A DNA stretch of 64,000 bases, taken from NCBI GenBank assembly GCA_030141605.1, contig JAQGDQ010000266.1, positions 1 through 64,000 on the forward strand, read 5' to 3'. Below the pieces are notes generated by a model. It was not told where the DNA came from. It saw only the letters and a program-made list of their open reading frames with translations, and ran no database searches. Of this stretch, positions 1 through 12,923 are shown in pieces. A program made the position numbers and the translations under genes. Each line of letters opens with the position of its first letter. Within the stretch, counting starts at the first letter, position 1. The stretch is from Tubiluchus corallicola (Eukaryota > Animalia > Priapulida).

Positions 1-500
<500 letters not shown>

Positions 501-904
501 ATATTAATATTATGTTAGCAATAACTATAATTTATACAATAACACAATAATTATGAGTCGTAACATAAGACACAGCAGTGTTGTTCCGAACCGACACCAA
601 TTCTTCATTTTCCTCGAAACCAATACCGAACCACCAATCCCGCGTTTTGAAAACTGATATCGATTAACTGATCATTGATTATTGATTATAGATCAGCAAT
701 AAATGCGAATTATTAACACTTGTGCTCAAAATAGGAAAATTGCAAGTATCTTTCAAAACTGGAGATGTTTAAACCTGATGATGGAAGCTCGAATAGCTTC
801 TTATAATATCAATTAATTACGCAACATGAGACTTTTGCAGTTTGTATTAAAATGTGTTAGCATGACGTCAGTGTTATTCAAAACATGAACAGATCAATCC
901 GAAA

Positions 905-1278
905 CAATACCGATTTTTTATCTTCCTCGAAGCCGATACCGATTTTTTATCTTCCTCGAAGCCGATACCGATTTTTTTATCTTCCTCGAAGCCGATACCG
1001 ATTTTTTTATCTTCCTCGAAGCCGATACCGATTTTTTTATCTTCCTCGAAGCCAATACCGACTTTTTTATCTTCCTCGAAGCCGATACCGATTTTTTTAT
1101 TTTCCTCGAAGCCGATACCGATTCTTTATCTTCCTCAAAGCCGATACCAATTTTTTTATCTTCCTCGAAGCCGATACCGATTTTTTTATTTTCCTCGAAG
1201 CCGATACCGATTTTTTTATTTTCCTCGAAGCCGATACCGATTTTTTTATTTTCCTCGAAGCCGATACCGAACCGATAC
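905..1278. repeat. Tandem repeat, 29-30 bp unit (CCGATACCGATTTTTTTATCTTCCTCGAAG), ~12 copies
   Basis: Directly visible; it generates the repetitive ORF 885..1355. Confidence 0.95.
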
Positions 1279-1314
1279 CAGGCCTACATTTTCCGCAAAA
1301 ATCGGCAACCGATC

Positions 1315-1637
1315 ATTTACTTCATTCATTTCTGTTTATTCACACTCATTACTAAAATACAGTCTACAATAAAAACGATATAATATAAAACACGTTGGCA
1401 AAAAACATACAAATAAAATATTTACAAGAGTGTGGTAAAGACACAAAGAGATTAACTGATTACATGTGTCTATTGTGTACAAGGAAGTTAACTTTATATA
1501 AGCGGCTTTTTAAACAACTTATAATTTTGTACAGTTACGAGGGGTGCACCATCAACATATGCAGGCAATGAGTTCCAAGTCGGTACTACTCGATTTGAGA
1601 AAAATTGACCAAATCATACCTTAGCTGTTCGATTGGG
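1315..1637 (-). mobile_element. 5'-truncated CR1/L2-type LINE 3' end
   Basis: Minus strand reads FSNRVVPTWNSLPAYV (CR1 ORF2 C-terminal motif), then AATAAA and a GAAT-type tail. It is flanked by the 8-bp direct repeat AACCGATC (1307-1314 and 1638-1645). Confidence 0.8.
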
Positions 1638-2066
1638 AACCGATCTATCGGAACAACACTGATACCTAATAATGATTGAAAAAGAAGAGATGAATATGTA
1701 CGATGTTGTGCAATGGTGAAAAAGGGCTACAATGACCACACTGATAATAATAATTTTGTTTACAACAATGATTATGATGATTGTGTTAATAAAAGACAAT
1801 GAGAATGAGGAGATTAAGAAAAAATAAAAACAACTGCAATCACGATGATGATGATGATGATGATAATGATGACGGTGATGATGACGGTCGTGGTGGTGTT
1901 CGTGGTGTTCGTGGCGGTGCTAAAAATAAACCTGATCATCGCAATTGTCCGTAATTATGTACGTTTAATTAACAGATATCAGTGACGGTCAAAATACTTT
2001 TCCATGATTAGTAACACGGTGTAACTTATAATACATGTAAAGCTTGAGCTCAATGCTGCTTTCAGG

Positions 2067-2978
2067 CAATGGCGGCTCGTGTACAAATGGTACATATCGC
2101 AAAAATGGCATTTGATGCCAAATAACTTTAAAGAGAGGGAGGAAGGGAGAGAGCCTGGCCTGATCGTGCACTGTTAATACTAATTTTATGTATAATTTAT
2201 TACAGTCAGTAATACTGCATTACGCTTAAACCTTAGGGGGGATTGATTGACTTGCTTTTAGCTGTATTAATTGTGCTGTGAAACAAACTAGTCAAAGAAT
2301 AATCATTAGAGAAACATAACGATTTGTATAAAATGTGGCCACACAAAAATCCAAATTTAACCGTTAAACTTTACATTTAAAATTAACTTACAAATCATAA
2401 CAAAAATAGTCACATAATCCACTGCACTTTAAATCAATAATTTCACATATGGGCCTACATATTTAACAAGAAAAAATTGGGGATCACCCTTTGTGGTACC
2501 TGCTGATAGATGGTCACCGATCAGCGGTGACACTTCCTGTTTATAGGCAAGGTTAACTAGGTGAGGGAAGTACAATTTACTTCACCTGTCTGAGAAAACA
2601 CGCCGTACGCTAGCGTCTGCTGCTAGGTAGAAAGGTACTGTCTCTATCACAGTAACGATTACCACGTGCTTACCGTGTGCAGTCGTATTCTTGATGTGAT
2701 AAAGTGTAAACTTAGCGTGTGTGCTTAAAACATAAATTATTAAATAATGGACGCCTTGCATCCCCAAGAAATAAGTTCTGTGACTGTAAGTGAACTACAA
2801 CAGCTTAATTTTTCACATTTGTCTCTCCATGAGAAAGTTGCAGTTAAGAAAAGAGTAACTGCAAATATAACTGCAACATTAAAATTACATGTGTTTGTTA
2901 CGTTTTACACAGCACTAAAACAACGTCTAAAATTTTCTGAAGCAGCACCTCACTAATTTTAGCCACGAGCCGCCAGTG
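2067..2978 (+). mobile_element. Internally deleted hAT DNA transposon
   Basis: 15-bp TIR with 1 mismatch (CAATGGCGGCTCGTG / CACGAGCCGCCAGTG) and an exact 8-bp TSD CTTTCAGG (2059-2066, 2979-2986). The start of ORF 2747 (LNFSHLSLHEKVAVKK) resembles a hAT transposase N-terminus. Confidence 0.88.
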
Positions 2979-3031
2979 CTTTCAGGCTACGTGATTATAA
3001 CAGTTTCAAATGCTTTCGCTGACTCACCCTA

Positions 3032-3310
3032 CAGGGTGCGCCACTCACTAACCAAAAACGTATTTTTAATCTTATTGACAAGATACAGTAATTTAAAATT
3101 TTACTTAATTAGCAACATGTATGCTACGAATGCTCTGATTATTTTTTCAAACTTTGCTTAATGTTATCAAAACTTGTTTCAAACGACCTACCATTAAAAT
3201 GGCTGCGTCTAACGGTCATCGCGGGAGTTTAAATTTACACGTTTTATACAGCGTGACTGCCGACGCAAGCCCTGCATACGAAAAGGTAGTACGTAAGTGG
3301 TATAAAATTT
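3032..3310. mobile_element. Dispersed repeat with a TA-CAGGGTG terminus (Tc1/mariner-type MITE fragment)
   Basis: Reverse-complement copy at ~47726-47932 and a diverged direct copy at ~40500-40710. Confidence 0.7.
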
Positions 3311-3391
3311 CGAGACGAATTTTTTAAGCTTTATGTAAGTGGAGGGTTTTCTTGACATTTACAATTATTTACGTTCCGTTTATGCTTACAG

Positions 3392-3641
3392 TGTTCAATG
3401 TGCAATACAGTGTTCAAATCAGAAAAATCCACCATGTAATGGCGTAAAAGTCAAGAAGAACGAAAAAGGAGGATATTTGTGTGAGAAATATCTGGCTGAA
3501 ATAACTGCAATCGATGACAACAAAATGGAGACAAATTCTGCAGCAGATGATGCCAATGGTGGTCATGATGGTGGTCATGGTGGTGGTGATGACAATGGTA
3601 GAAATGATAGCGTCGATCCTCTCTACTTCATTAACTACCAG
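3392..3641 (+). CDS. Exon encoding the C-terminal half of a PAN/apple-like domain plus an acidic Gly-rich linker (PAN-EGF-pentraxin gene)
   Basis: Acceptor CTTACAG. VQCAIQCSNQKNPPCNGVKVKKNEKGGYLCEKY fits the PAN pattern C-x3-C-x6-C-x-G...C. The phase-0 donor CAG|GTTTAC is weak but matches the phase of exon 6044. Confidence 0.6.
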
Positions 3642-3972
3642 GTTTACGAATTTTAGAAAATTATTGTTATTCAGCAGCTTATTCTTAAAACGTAATTTGC
3701 ATTGTAATTGAGTAAAACAAGGACTAAAGAGCTCCTGGCGTCATCTAACGAGTAAAACGCGAACTTTCTTCAAGTAAAACAATTGGTTAAAATCTATTTA
3801 TTCTTGTGGTTAAAGCTGTTTGCTGATTATTGTTGTTTTTGCGTGGCGTGTGAGGGAGCCACGATGGGCATGGCAAACTATCAAGACTTTATTTAATAAA
3901 CTACACATTTATTAAACAACAAACACAACACGGTAAATATAAGAGGATAGTAATGCCAGCCCTCCGTCTTCA

Positions 3973-4305
3973 AGTCAGTTCCTAATCTCCCTCGAGGTGC
4001 GGGGCTCAAAACACTTTTGTCTAACTACCTAATGCAGCGTGAGCTTCTGCACATAAGGATTACATCATCAATCTTTACTTCTGAGTCAGCCGGTCAAACA
4101 TCAGCTGGTCACGTGATGCCACGCCTAACTAGGCTTCTAGTCAGTTCCTAATCTCCCCGAGGTGCGGGCCTCAAAACACTTTTGTCTAACTACCTAATGC
4201 AGCGTGAGCTTCTGCACATAAGGATTACATCATCAATCTTTACTTCTGAGTCAGCTGGTCGAACATCAGCTGGTCACGTGATGCCACACCTAACTAGGCT
4301 TCTAG
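3973..4305. repeat. Direct tandem duplication, ~166 bp x2, possibly inside a solo LTR (~3817-4400)
   Basis: Near-identical units start at 3973 and 4139 (AGTCAGTTCCTAATCTCCCC). Confidence 0.85.
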
Positions 4306-4854
4306 CCACAGCGATAGTTTAATCTTGCATCGTCAATCATTTAATCTTGAATTATTAATTTAATAATTTAATCACCAATTTAATCAAAATCACTATTTAA
4401 CACAGCTTTCCTTTACTAATTGTAGTGAAGAAAGTTTTTAACAATTTAGAAGTTTTAGTTAAAACAGGAATATAACAACTATCGTCGTCAGATGTGTTCC
4501 CTAAAACAGAATATTGTTATGAATTTATATTTAAAGTCAAACTAAACCTTCAATATAATATAAGCGTTTACAATCTAAAGCCCTGCTCTCCTTACAAATA
4601 TTCCATTTATTTTATTAAAAACTTACCATAAAATTTGCTCTTTTGATTTTTTATCACTTCCCTGTTAGCCGTATTAGATCTGAAGCTGCGCCATTTTTTT
4701 ACGTTGAGCGAGAAGAATGACGTAATTGTTACATGACGTAATTGTTGAAGTATTTCTTTACGCGTGAATATAGCATCTAACTTTCAGTTGCGCTTCATCA
4801 TTCATGGCTTTAAATGACAAGAAAAGGGGCACCTGGAGAAGGTGTCAGAAAACT

Positions 4855-5022
4855 CGCCTTAAAAATTTTACTAGTTTACAGCAATTTTACGCGCATGTCG
4901 TACTCGCGTTGAAAGGAATTTTCGTTTGTTTTCATCTTAAAGCTCCCGCAACACTGTTCCGACGGCGCCATTACATGACGTCACTATGCCATGTAAATCA
5001 GGGGAAGAAAGGGCAATGTTAA
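4855..5022. repeat. Dispersed repeat fragment
   Basis: Reverse-complement homolog at ~48076-48250 (GGCGCCATTACATGACGTCA core). Confidence 0.7.
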
Positions 5023-5463
5023 ATTATGTTCCAAAAAACTTTCCGTGCAAAACTTTCCATTAATAAACTGGGTTTGCTCCCGTCATAAATGAACCTATAA
5101 AAATCAGATGAAGGAGCTTAATTTATTGGACAAATATTGACCACAAGATATTAACAAATTGCTAATTATAGTTCACAAAGTCTTGGTGTTTTCATTTTTA
5201 ATAATTATTATTCGTTAAACTTTATTTTAAATCCTATGAAAATCAAGTGAATTTGAAGTAATTATATGCAACAAATGATACATTGCAAATTACTTTGCAA
5301 AAGTAAACAAAAAACTTGAAATTGCAGCAACACAGTTTCAAAACAAAATTTTTTGCAAAACAAAACAAAACAAGGTTGTTACCCTTAAACATTGCGTCAT
5401 TTTAATTGTGATTTTATTGTCGTTTTTGATAGTCATTACTCAAAGTGCTGCTAATAACAAAAG

Positions 5464-5466
<3 letters not shown>

Positions 5467-5501
<35 letters not shown>

Positions 5502-5577
5502 AGAGAGAGAGAGAATGAGAGAGAGAGAGAGAGAGAGAGAATGAGACAGAGAGAGAGAGAGAAAGAGACAGAGACAG

Positions 5578-5642
<65 letters not shown>

Positions 5643-5660
5643 TGAGAGAACAAGAGAGAG
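5467..5660. repeat. (GA)n microsatellite
   Basis: Directly visible. Confidence 0.97.
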
Positions 5661-6043
5661 GTGGTAAGGTAACCGAGATTTTTTTTATTAAAAATCTTTG
5701 TACGAAATGTTTTTCTGTGAAAAAAGTTTTCTAGGAAAAACATTTTCTGGGGAAAAAGCTTTCTGCTAAAAAAAATTCGGCAAGCACTTTTCCTGGAAAA
5801 CAGACCTAAGTCCTGTTCCGCTATGCCCCAATTTTGGAATTTTAAAAAAGCTTACAGTATTTTACAGTCAAAGGTGTGATAGTGTTTCACGTATTGGCCA
5901 GGAATGGTATTTACGTGATCAGGCAACTGTGTAGCAAACAGAGGCATTTTTCCATAAATTTTCCTTTATGCCCCACCTTATCCAACTTTAAGGCAATATT
6001 CTTTTCAAATAAGCTTATTTCAATTCCAGTTTCGTTTTTACAG

Positions 6044-6083
6044 AACGTTCTGGATTTTCATCTGAAAGACCCACATGATCAAG
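6044..6083 (+). CDS. 40-nt linker exon (NVLDFHLKDPHDQ)
   Basis: TTTTTACAG acceptor and strong AAG|GTGAGT donor. Phase 0-1 joins the PAN exon to EGF exon 1. An alternative acceptor at 6029 is possible. Confidence 0.65.
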
Positions 6084-6589
6084 GTGAGTGAACAGCAGTC
6101 AGTCTAGGATCTCATACGATATCAACAGGATAGAAATTATTAATAAAATTTATCATTTTTACATCATTTTTATGTAATTCCACCAATGATTGGATTACTT
6201 TAACATAATAAATTGCTCGATTTTGGTAACTAACTATCTTTCATATTAAATCTGTTAATCTTGTTATTAAATGAACTTTGTATTAATTAGTAATGTACTG
6301 TAATGCATATCACTACATTTATTTTAGTGATCATTTTAGCACTGTTAAGAAAATGCTACCAAATACCAGATAGTTTTGGTTAAGTAAAATGTCCTATTAT
6401 AGTCAAACTACTTAGGACATAAAGTCCTATAAACAAGCAACTACCATGTGATCATAATCTTTGATTACGCTTATAATGGTTCTTTGATGTAAGAAAGTGT
6501 GTTCACTTTTACTTTAGCACAGTTATCTTTTTACTCCTGTGATAATATATACACAAATCAATGTATACTCCAATGTTACTGGTTTTCAG

Positions 6590-6715
6590 ACGTAGATGAA
6601 TGTACAGCCAATGTTCATAACTGTGATGCAAAACATGGCATTTGTCAAAACACTGAAGGCAGCTTTATGTGTGAATGTGACAATGGTTTTTCAGGAAATG
6701 GGACTGTGTGCTCTG
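6590..6715 (+). CDS. cbEGF exon 1
   Basis: 126 nt, AG/GT, phase 1-1. [42 protein letters not shown] matches the calcium-binding EGF consensus. Confidence 0.93.
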
Positions 6716-7142
6716 GTAAAACATACATAACTGTCAATAGTAAATATTTTGCACAAGTTTTGCTCTCTCAATTTTGAATTGTAAAATGTACAGCAAAAGT
6801 ATGCTGAATCGACTAGTAAGTTATAATTGTGACTTGAAGATTATTAATTAAAATGATAATTTCTGTGGAATGCACGTTGTAAAAAATGTTTGTTGTCTGC
6901 TGCAACCAAATTTACTGCCATGAAGATCAATTATCTGAACAAACTTCGTGCTTTTTGTTGAACAGATAGATACAATACATATTGTTTGTTAACCATAAGT
7001 GCATGTAACGTTGTGGCCTGTAGCCTTCACAAATGCCAAATCACGTCTGTGTAACCTACAACAATGTATGTGTGAATGTGGGCAGCATAATCTTATGATA
7101 CATTCTAAATTATAATTGACGACATTCAATTTTTATAAACAG

Positions 7143-7280
7143 ATGCAGATGAATGTACTGTTGGTACTCATAACTGTGATGCAAAACATGGCATTTGTCA
7201 GAACACTGATGGCAGCTTTATGTGTGAATGTGACTCAGGTTATTCTGGAAATGGGACTGTATGCTTGGTAACAGCCTCAG
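7143..7280 (+). CDS. cbEGF exon 2 (12-nt 3' extension)
   Basis: 138 nt; [12 protein letters not shown]...GTVCLVTAS; donor CAG|GTATGT keeps phase 1. Confidence 0.88.
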
Positions 7281-7773
7281 GTATGTCTTGCAAAATTACC
7301 TAATACCAATTTTTAAAGCTATATTACGAACATTTTAATCGCTTTTAACAGTGCCTGTTATGAACTATCTTTAAAAATTCTCTCCAAAAACTGTGGTTTG
7401 AAGATTTATTATTACAGTTATAAGTTATTATTGCAGACACTTATAAGTTCTGTGCAACTCGCCCTGTAAAAAAGGTTTATTATTCGCTGCAATCAAATTT
7501 ATTTTTGTTTTTTATTTCATACAACTAATATGCCACCAAGATCATTTTATGAATAAGTCTTGTTTTTCAGCATACTTAGAAGGCATCATTTGCAACAATT
7601 TTTTACAAACCCATAATATTTTATTATTAACTGTAAGTGCATGTAAATGCTGTAACGCTACAAATGCTAATTCACTGTGTACAACCTAAAACAATGTAAC
7701 TGTGCATGTTGTCTTGTATAAGCTCTTGACAAAGCTTGGATAGAAATTGACAACACTCAATTTTTGTAAATAG

Positions 7774-7899
7774 ACGTAGATGAATGTGCTCTTGGCACTC
7801 ATAACTGTGATGCAAATCAAGGCATTTGTCAGAACACCAATGGCAGCTTTATGTGTGAATGCAGCCAGGGTTATACTGGAGATGGAACTGTGTGCTCTG
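7774..7899 (+). CDS. cbEGF exon 3
   Basis: 126 nt, AG/GT; [42 protein letters not shown]. Confidence 0.92.
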
Positions 7900-8406
7900 G
7901 TAGGGCATAACATTCTCAATAGCATACATTTACTCAATTTTCTCCTGCTTAGTTTGAAATGTAAATTGTACAAGGAAAATATGTTAATTTGACTAGCAGG
8001 GCATATATAACTATATATATAAGTGGCCTGAAGATTTATTATTACAATTATAATGTTTGTGCAATGCACTCTCTAAAGGAAACTTGTTATTTGCTGCAAC
8101 CAAATCTATTATTTGTTTTTTTATTTTAAAACAACTAATCTGTCATCAAGATCAATTATCTGAAGAAAATCCAAATTAGCAACCACATTTAGAAGTCATA
8201 ATTTGCTATTCCAACAATTTCTTGTTAAACAACTAGATACATGCTAGTTTATTGCTAAAGAAAAGTGCATGCGATACTATACACCATGACAAATGCCAAG
8301 TCACGACTATGTAACCCATACAACGTGTATCAATGCATGTGGTCAGTATAATGTTATGATTCATTTTGCATAGAAATAATTGACAACTTTCAATTTTTAT
8401 AAACAG

Positions 8407-8532
8407 ATGTAGATGAATGTACTGTTGGCATTCATAACTGTGATGCAAATAATGGTACTTGTCAAAACACTGATGGCAGTTTTATGTGTGAATGCGACAA
8501 TGGTTATTCAGGAAATGGGACTGTGTGCTCTG
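8407..8532 (+). CDS. cbEGF exon 4
   Basis: 126 nt, AG/GT; [42 protein letters not shown]. Confidence 0.92.
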
Positions 8533-8992
8533 GTAAGATATATAAAATTGTCAATAGTAAATATTTTGCTCAAGTTTTGCTCTGTCCATTTTGAATTGTA
8601 AAATGTACAGCAAAAGTATGCTGAATTAACTAGCAAGTTATAATTGCAACTTGAACATTATTAGTTAAAGTGATAATTTCTGTGCAATACACACTGTAAG
8701 AAATGTTTATTGTCTGCTGCAACGAAATTTAGTGTCATGAAGATCAATTATCTGAACAAAATTCTTACTTGCAGCACACCTAGAAGTCGTAATTTGCTAT
8801 TCGAACGCTTCTTTTTGAACAGATAAATACTGTCTATGTTTGTTATTAACCATAAGTGCATGTGATGCTGCAACCTTCACAAGTGCCATATCACGAGTGT
8901 ATAACCTACGACAATGTATCTGTGCATGTGGTCCGTATAATCTTATGATACATTTTGGATAGAAACTAACAGCTTTTAATTTTTATAAACAG

Positions 8993-9118
8993 ACATAGAT
9001 GAATGCGTTGATGGTACTCATAACTGTGATGCAAAACATGGCATTTGTCAGAACACTGATGGCAGTTTTATGTGTGAATGCAGCCAGGGTTATGCTGGAG
9101 ATGGAACTGTGTGCTCTG
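8993..9118 (+). CDS. cbEGF exon 5
   Basis: 126 nt, AG/GT; [42 protein letters not shown]. Confidence 0.92.
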
Positions 9119-9609
9119 GTAGGACAAATCAGATTGGCAATAATCAGTAGTTACTCAATATTGCTCTGTCTAGATTAAAGTATAAAATGTACAGTGAAAA
9201 TATGTTGATATGTCTTGCAGGTTATAATTATGGCTTGACGATTAATTATTACTACTATAATTTCTCTGCAATGCGTGCTGTTTTTAAGCTTCGTTATTTA
9301 CTGTAACCAAATATATTATTTTATATTTTAAACAACTATTCAGTCACCAATACCAATTACACGAAGAAAATCCAAATTAGCAGCCACATTTAGAAGTCAT
9401 AATTTGCTATTCCAACGCTTTTTGTTGAACGGAGAGATATAATACATGTTTTTTGTTAACCATAAGTGCATGTAACGTTGTGGCCTGTGGCCTTCACAAA
9501 TGCCAAATCACGTGTGTGTAACCTACAACAATGTATGCGTGCATGTGGTCAGCATAATCTTATGATACATTTTAAATTGAAATTAACAACATTCAATTTT
9601 TATAAACAG

Positions 9610-9735
9610 ATGCAGATGAATGTACTGTTGGCATTCATAACTGTGATGCAAAACATGGCATTTGTCAAAACACTGATGGCAGCTTTTCGTGTGAATGCGA
9701 CAATGGTTATGCTGGAGATGGAACTGTGTGCTCTG
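9610..9735 (+). CDS. cbEGF exon 6
   Basis: 126 nt, AG/GT; [42 protein letters not shown]. Confidence 0.92.
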
Positions 9736-10196
9736 GTAAGATATATAAAATTGTCAATAGTAAATATTTTGCTCAAGTTTTGCTCTGTCCATTCTGAATT
9801 GTAAAATGTACAGCAAAAGTATGCTGAATTAACTAGCAAGTTATAATTGTAACTTGAAGATTATTAATTAAAGTGATAATTTGTGTGCAATACACACTGT
9901 AAGAAATGTTTGTTGTCTGCTGCAACCAAATTTACTGTCATGAAGATCAATTATCTGAAGAAAATCCAAATTAGCAACCACATTTAGAAGTCATAATTTG
10001 CTATTCTAACGCTTTTTGTTGAACAGATAGATACAATACATATTTTTTGTTAACCATAAGTACATGTAACGCTGTGGCCTTCACAAATGCCAATTCACGT
10101 CTGTGTAACCTACAGCAATGTAAGTGTGCATGTGGTCAGTGTAATCTTGTGATACATTCTGAAATGAGACTGACAACATTTAATTTTTATAAACAG

Positions 10197-10322
10197 ATGT
10201 AGATGAATGTACTGATGGCACTCATAACTGTGATACAAAAGAAGGCAATTGTCAGAACACTGATGGCAGCTTTATGTGCGAATGTGGCCAGGGTTATACT
10301 GGAGATGGAACTGTGTGCTCTG
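10197..10322 (+). CDS. cbEGF exon 7
   Basis: 126 nt, AG/GT; [42 protein letters not shown]. Confidence 0.92.
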
Positions 10323-10827
10323 GTAGGGCATAAAATTCTCAATAGTATACATTTACTCAATTTTCTCCTGCTTAGTTTGAAATGTAAATTGTACAAGGAA
10401 AATATGTTAATTTGACTAGCAGGGCATATATAACTATATATATAAGTGGCCTGAAGATTTATTATTAGAATTATAAAGTCTGTGCTATGCACTCCCTAAA
10501 AGAAGCTTGTTATTTGCTGCAACCAAATCTATTCTTTGCTTTTTATTTTAAAACAACTAAAATGTCAGCAAGACCAATTATCTGAAGAAAATCCAAATTT
10601 GCAACACACATAGAAGGCGCAATTTGCTATTCCAACAATTTCTTGTTAAACAACTAGATACATGCTAGTTTATTGCTAAAGAAAGTGCATGCGATACTAT
10701 ACGCCATGACAAATGCCAAGTCACGACTATATAGCCCATACAACGATGTATCAACGCATGTGGTCAGTATAATGTTATGATTCATTTTGCATAGAAATAA
10801 TTAACAACATTCAATTTTTATAAACAG

Positions 10828-10953
10828 ATGTAGATGAATGTACTGTTGGCACTCATAACTGTGATGCAAATAATGGTACTTGTCAAAACACAGAAGGCAG
10901 TTTTATGTGTGAATGCAACCAGGGTTATGCTGGAAATGGAACTGTGTGCTTTG
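10828..10953 (+). CDS. cbEGF exon 8
   Basis: 126 nt, AG/GT; [42 protein letters not shown]. Confidence 0.92.
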
Positions 10954-11311
10954 GTAAGACAAATAAAATTGCCAATAGTCTATATTTACTAAATTTTCCC
11001 CCTACTAGTTTGAGGTGTAAAATGTTTAGCAAAAATTATGTTGATTTGGCTGACAATCACATTAGTGCTGTTAAGACAGTGCTGCTAAATACTGGATAAT
11101 TTTAGTTAAGTAAAATGGCCTATTATAGTCATACTACGTAGGGCATCAAAGTTCTATGAACAACTACCACGTGATCATAATCTGTAATTATGTTTAAAAT
11201 GGCTTTTTGATGAAGACATAGTGTTTAGTTTTACTTTAACACAGCTAGCTTTTTACTCCTGTGATAATATATACACAAATCAATGTATACTCCAATGTTA
11301 CTGGTTTTCAG

Positions 11312-11437
11312 ATGTAGATGAATGTACAGCCAATGTTCATAACTGTGATGCAAATAATGGTACTTGTCAAAACACTGATGGCAGTTTTATGTGTGAATGC
11401 GACAATGGTTATTCAGGAAATGGGACTGTGTGCTCTG
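11312..11437 (+). CDS. cbEGF exon 9
   Basis: 126 nt, AG/GT; [42 protein letters not shown]. Confidence 0.92.
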
Positions 11438-11922
11438 GTAAGACATATAAAATTCCCAATAGTATATATTTTCCCGATTTTGGTCTGTCTAATTTGAGTT
11501 GTAAAATGTACAAGGAAAATATACTAATGTGACTAGCAGGTTACAAAGGTGGCTTGAAAATTTGTTATGACAATTATAATGTCCATGTAAAGCACTTTAT
11601 AAAGGAAACCTGCTATTTGCTGCAACAGAATCTATTTTTAGTTTTTTTATTTTAAAACAATTAATATGTCAGCAAGATCAATTATCTGAAGAAAATCCAA
11701 ATTTGCAACACACATAGAAGTCATGATTTGCTATTCCAACAGTTTTTTGTTAAACAGATAAATACTACTTTATTACTAAAGAAAGTGCATGCGATACGAT
11801 AGCTATTACCAATGCCAAATCACGTCTATATAACGTAAAACAATGTATCTGTGGCAGTGGTCAGTATAATCTTATGATTCATTTTGAATAGAAATAACTG
11901 ACAACATAATTTTTATAAACAG

Positions 11923-12048
11923 ATGTAGATGAATGTTATCTTGGTACTCATGACTGTGATGCAAATCATGGCACTTGTCAGGACACAGATGGCAGTTTTA
12001 TGTGTGCATGCAACCAGGGTTATGCTGGAGATGGAACTGTGTGCTTTG
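11923..12048 (+). CDS. cbEGF exon 10
   Basis: 126 nt, AG/GT; DVDECYLGTHDCDANHGTCQDTDGSFMCACNQGYAGDGTVCF. Confidence 0.92.
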
Positions 12049-12708
12049 GTAAGACAAATAAAATTGCCAATAGTCTATATTTACTTAATTTTGCTCCGTC
12101 TAGTTTGAGGTGTAAAATGTTTAGCAAAAATAGGCTGATTTGGCTGACAATCACATTAGTGCTGTTAAGACAGTGGCGCTAAATACTGGATGATTTTAGT
12201 TAAGTAAATGGCCTGTTGTAGTCAAGACCCACGTGATCAACGTGATTGAATAGTTAGTCCAGAATCTCACACAATGTAGACAGTAGAGAAGTTATTAATA
12301 AAATTTATCATTTTTACACCGTTTTTATATGATTTCGTCTATGATTGGATTACTTTAACATAATAAATTGCTCGATTTTAGTAACTAACTAGCTTTCATA
12401 TTGAGATCTGATAATGTAGCTATTAATTGAGCATGATATTAACTAATAATGTACTGAGATACTTTTTTCCCTAACGTTATTTATTTTCATGATCACTTTA
12501 GACGATCAATTTAGATGATCAATTCATGATCACGTTAAGACAATTCAGCCAAATACAGGATAATTTTAGTTAAGCAAAATGTCCTACTTTTTACACATTC
12601 AGAATTTTACTTCTGTTAAAATACGTAAAATATATTATATATATATATTATTTGTTTTTATTTTCATTTTTTACAACTAATCTGTCATCAAGATCAATTT
12701 TATATATT

Positions 12709-12803
12709 TTGTTATAAAGACCCTTATCCCCTTATATATATATATAATATATAATATTATATATATATATATACATATAAGGGGATAAGGGTCTTTATAA
12801 CAA
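12709..12803. repeat. Hairpin: perfect 28-bp inverted repeat around a TA-rich spacer
   Basis: TTGTTATAAAGACCCTTATCCCCTTATA (12709-12736) and its exact reverse complement (12776-12803). Confidence 0.9.
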
Positions 12804-12923
12804 TAATTGTATGTATGTATATGTATATATGTACAAGATTTACTATATACTACAGTGCAGTATATACATATATATAGTAGATATGGACTAATGTGCATAT
12901 ATTCCAATATCTCTGGTTTTCAG

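Larger units (their letters stand above)
576..1661. mobile_element. Non-autonomous TIR DNA element (hAT-like CAGTG termini) with an internal ~30-bp array and a nested LINE fragment
   Basis: Perfect 14-bp TIR: CAGTGTTGTTCCGA (576) / TCGGAACAACACTG (1648-1661). A related partial copy lies at ~50370-50587. No matching TSD was seen. Confidence 0.75.

Noticed and set aside
905-1278. CRISPR-like appearance of the 30-bp repeat (also the 26-bp repeat at 38323)
   Set aside because: The units are head-to-tail with no unique spacers, there are no cas genes, and the context is eukaryotic.
3252-3292. Candidate 41-nt exon (CAG|...AC|GTAAGT) in phase with the PAN exon
   Set aside because: It lies within a dispersed repeat that also occurs at ~40660-40705, so it is probably a chance splice-like signal.
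7686-10492. ORF-track peptides such as [12 protein letters not shown]... and their antisense ORFs
   Set aside because: They are alternative-frame or antisense readings of the EGF exons.
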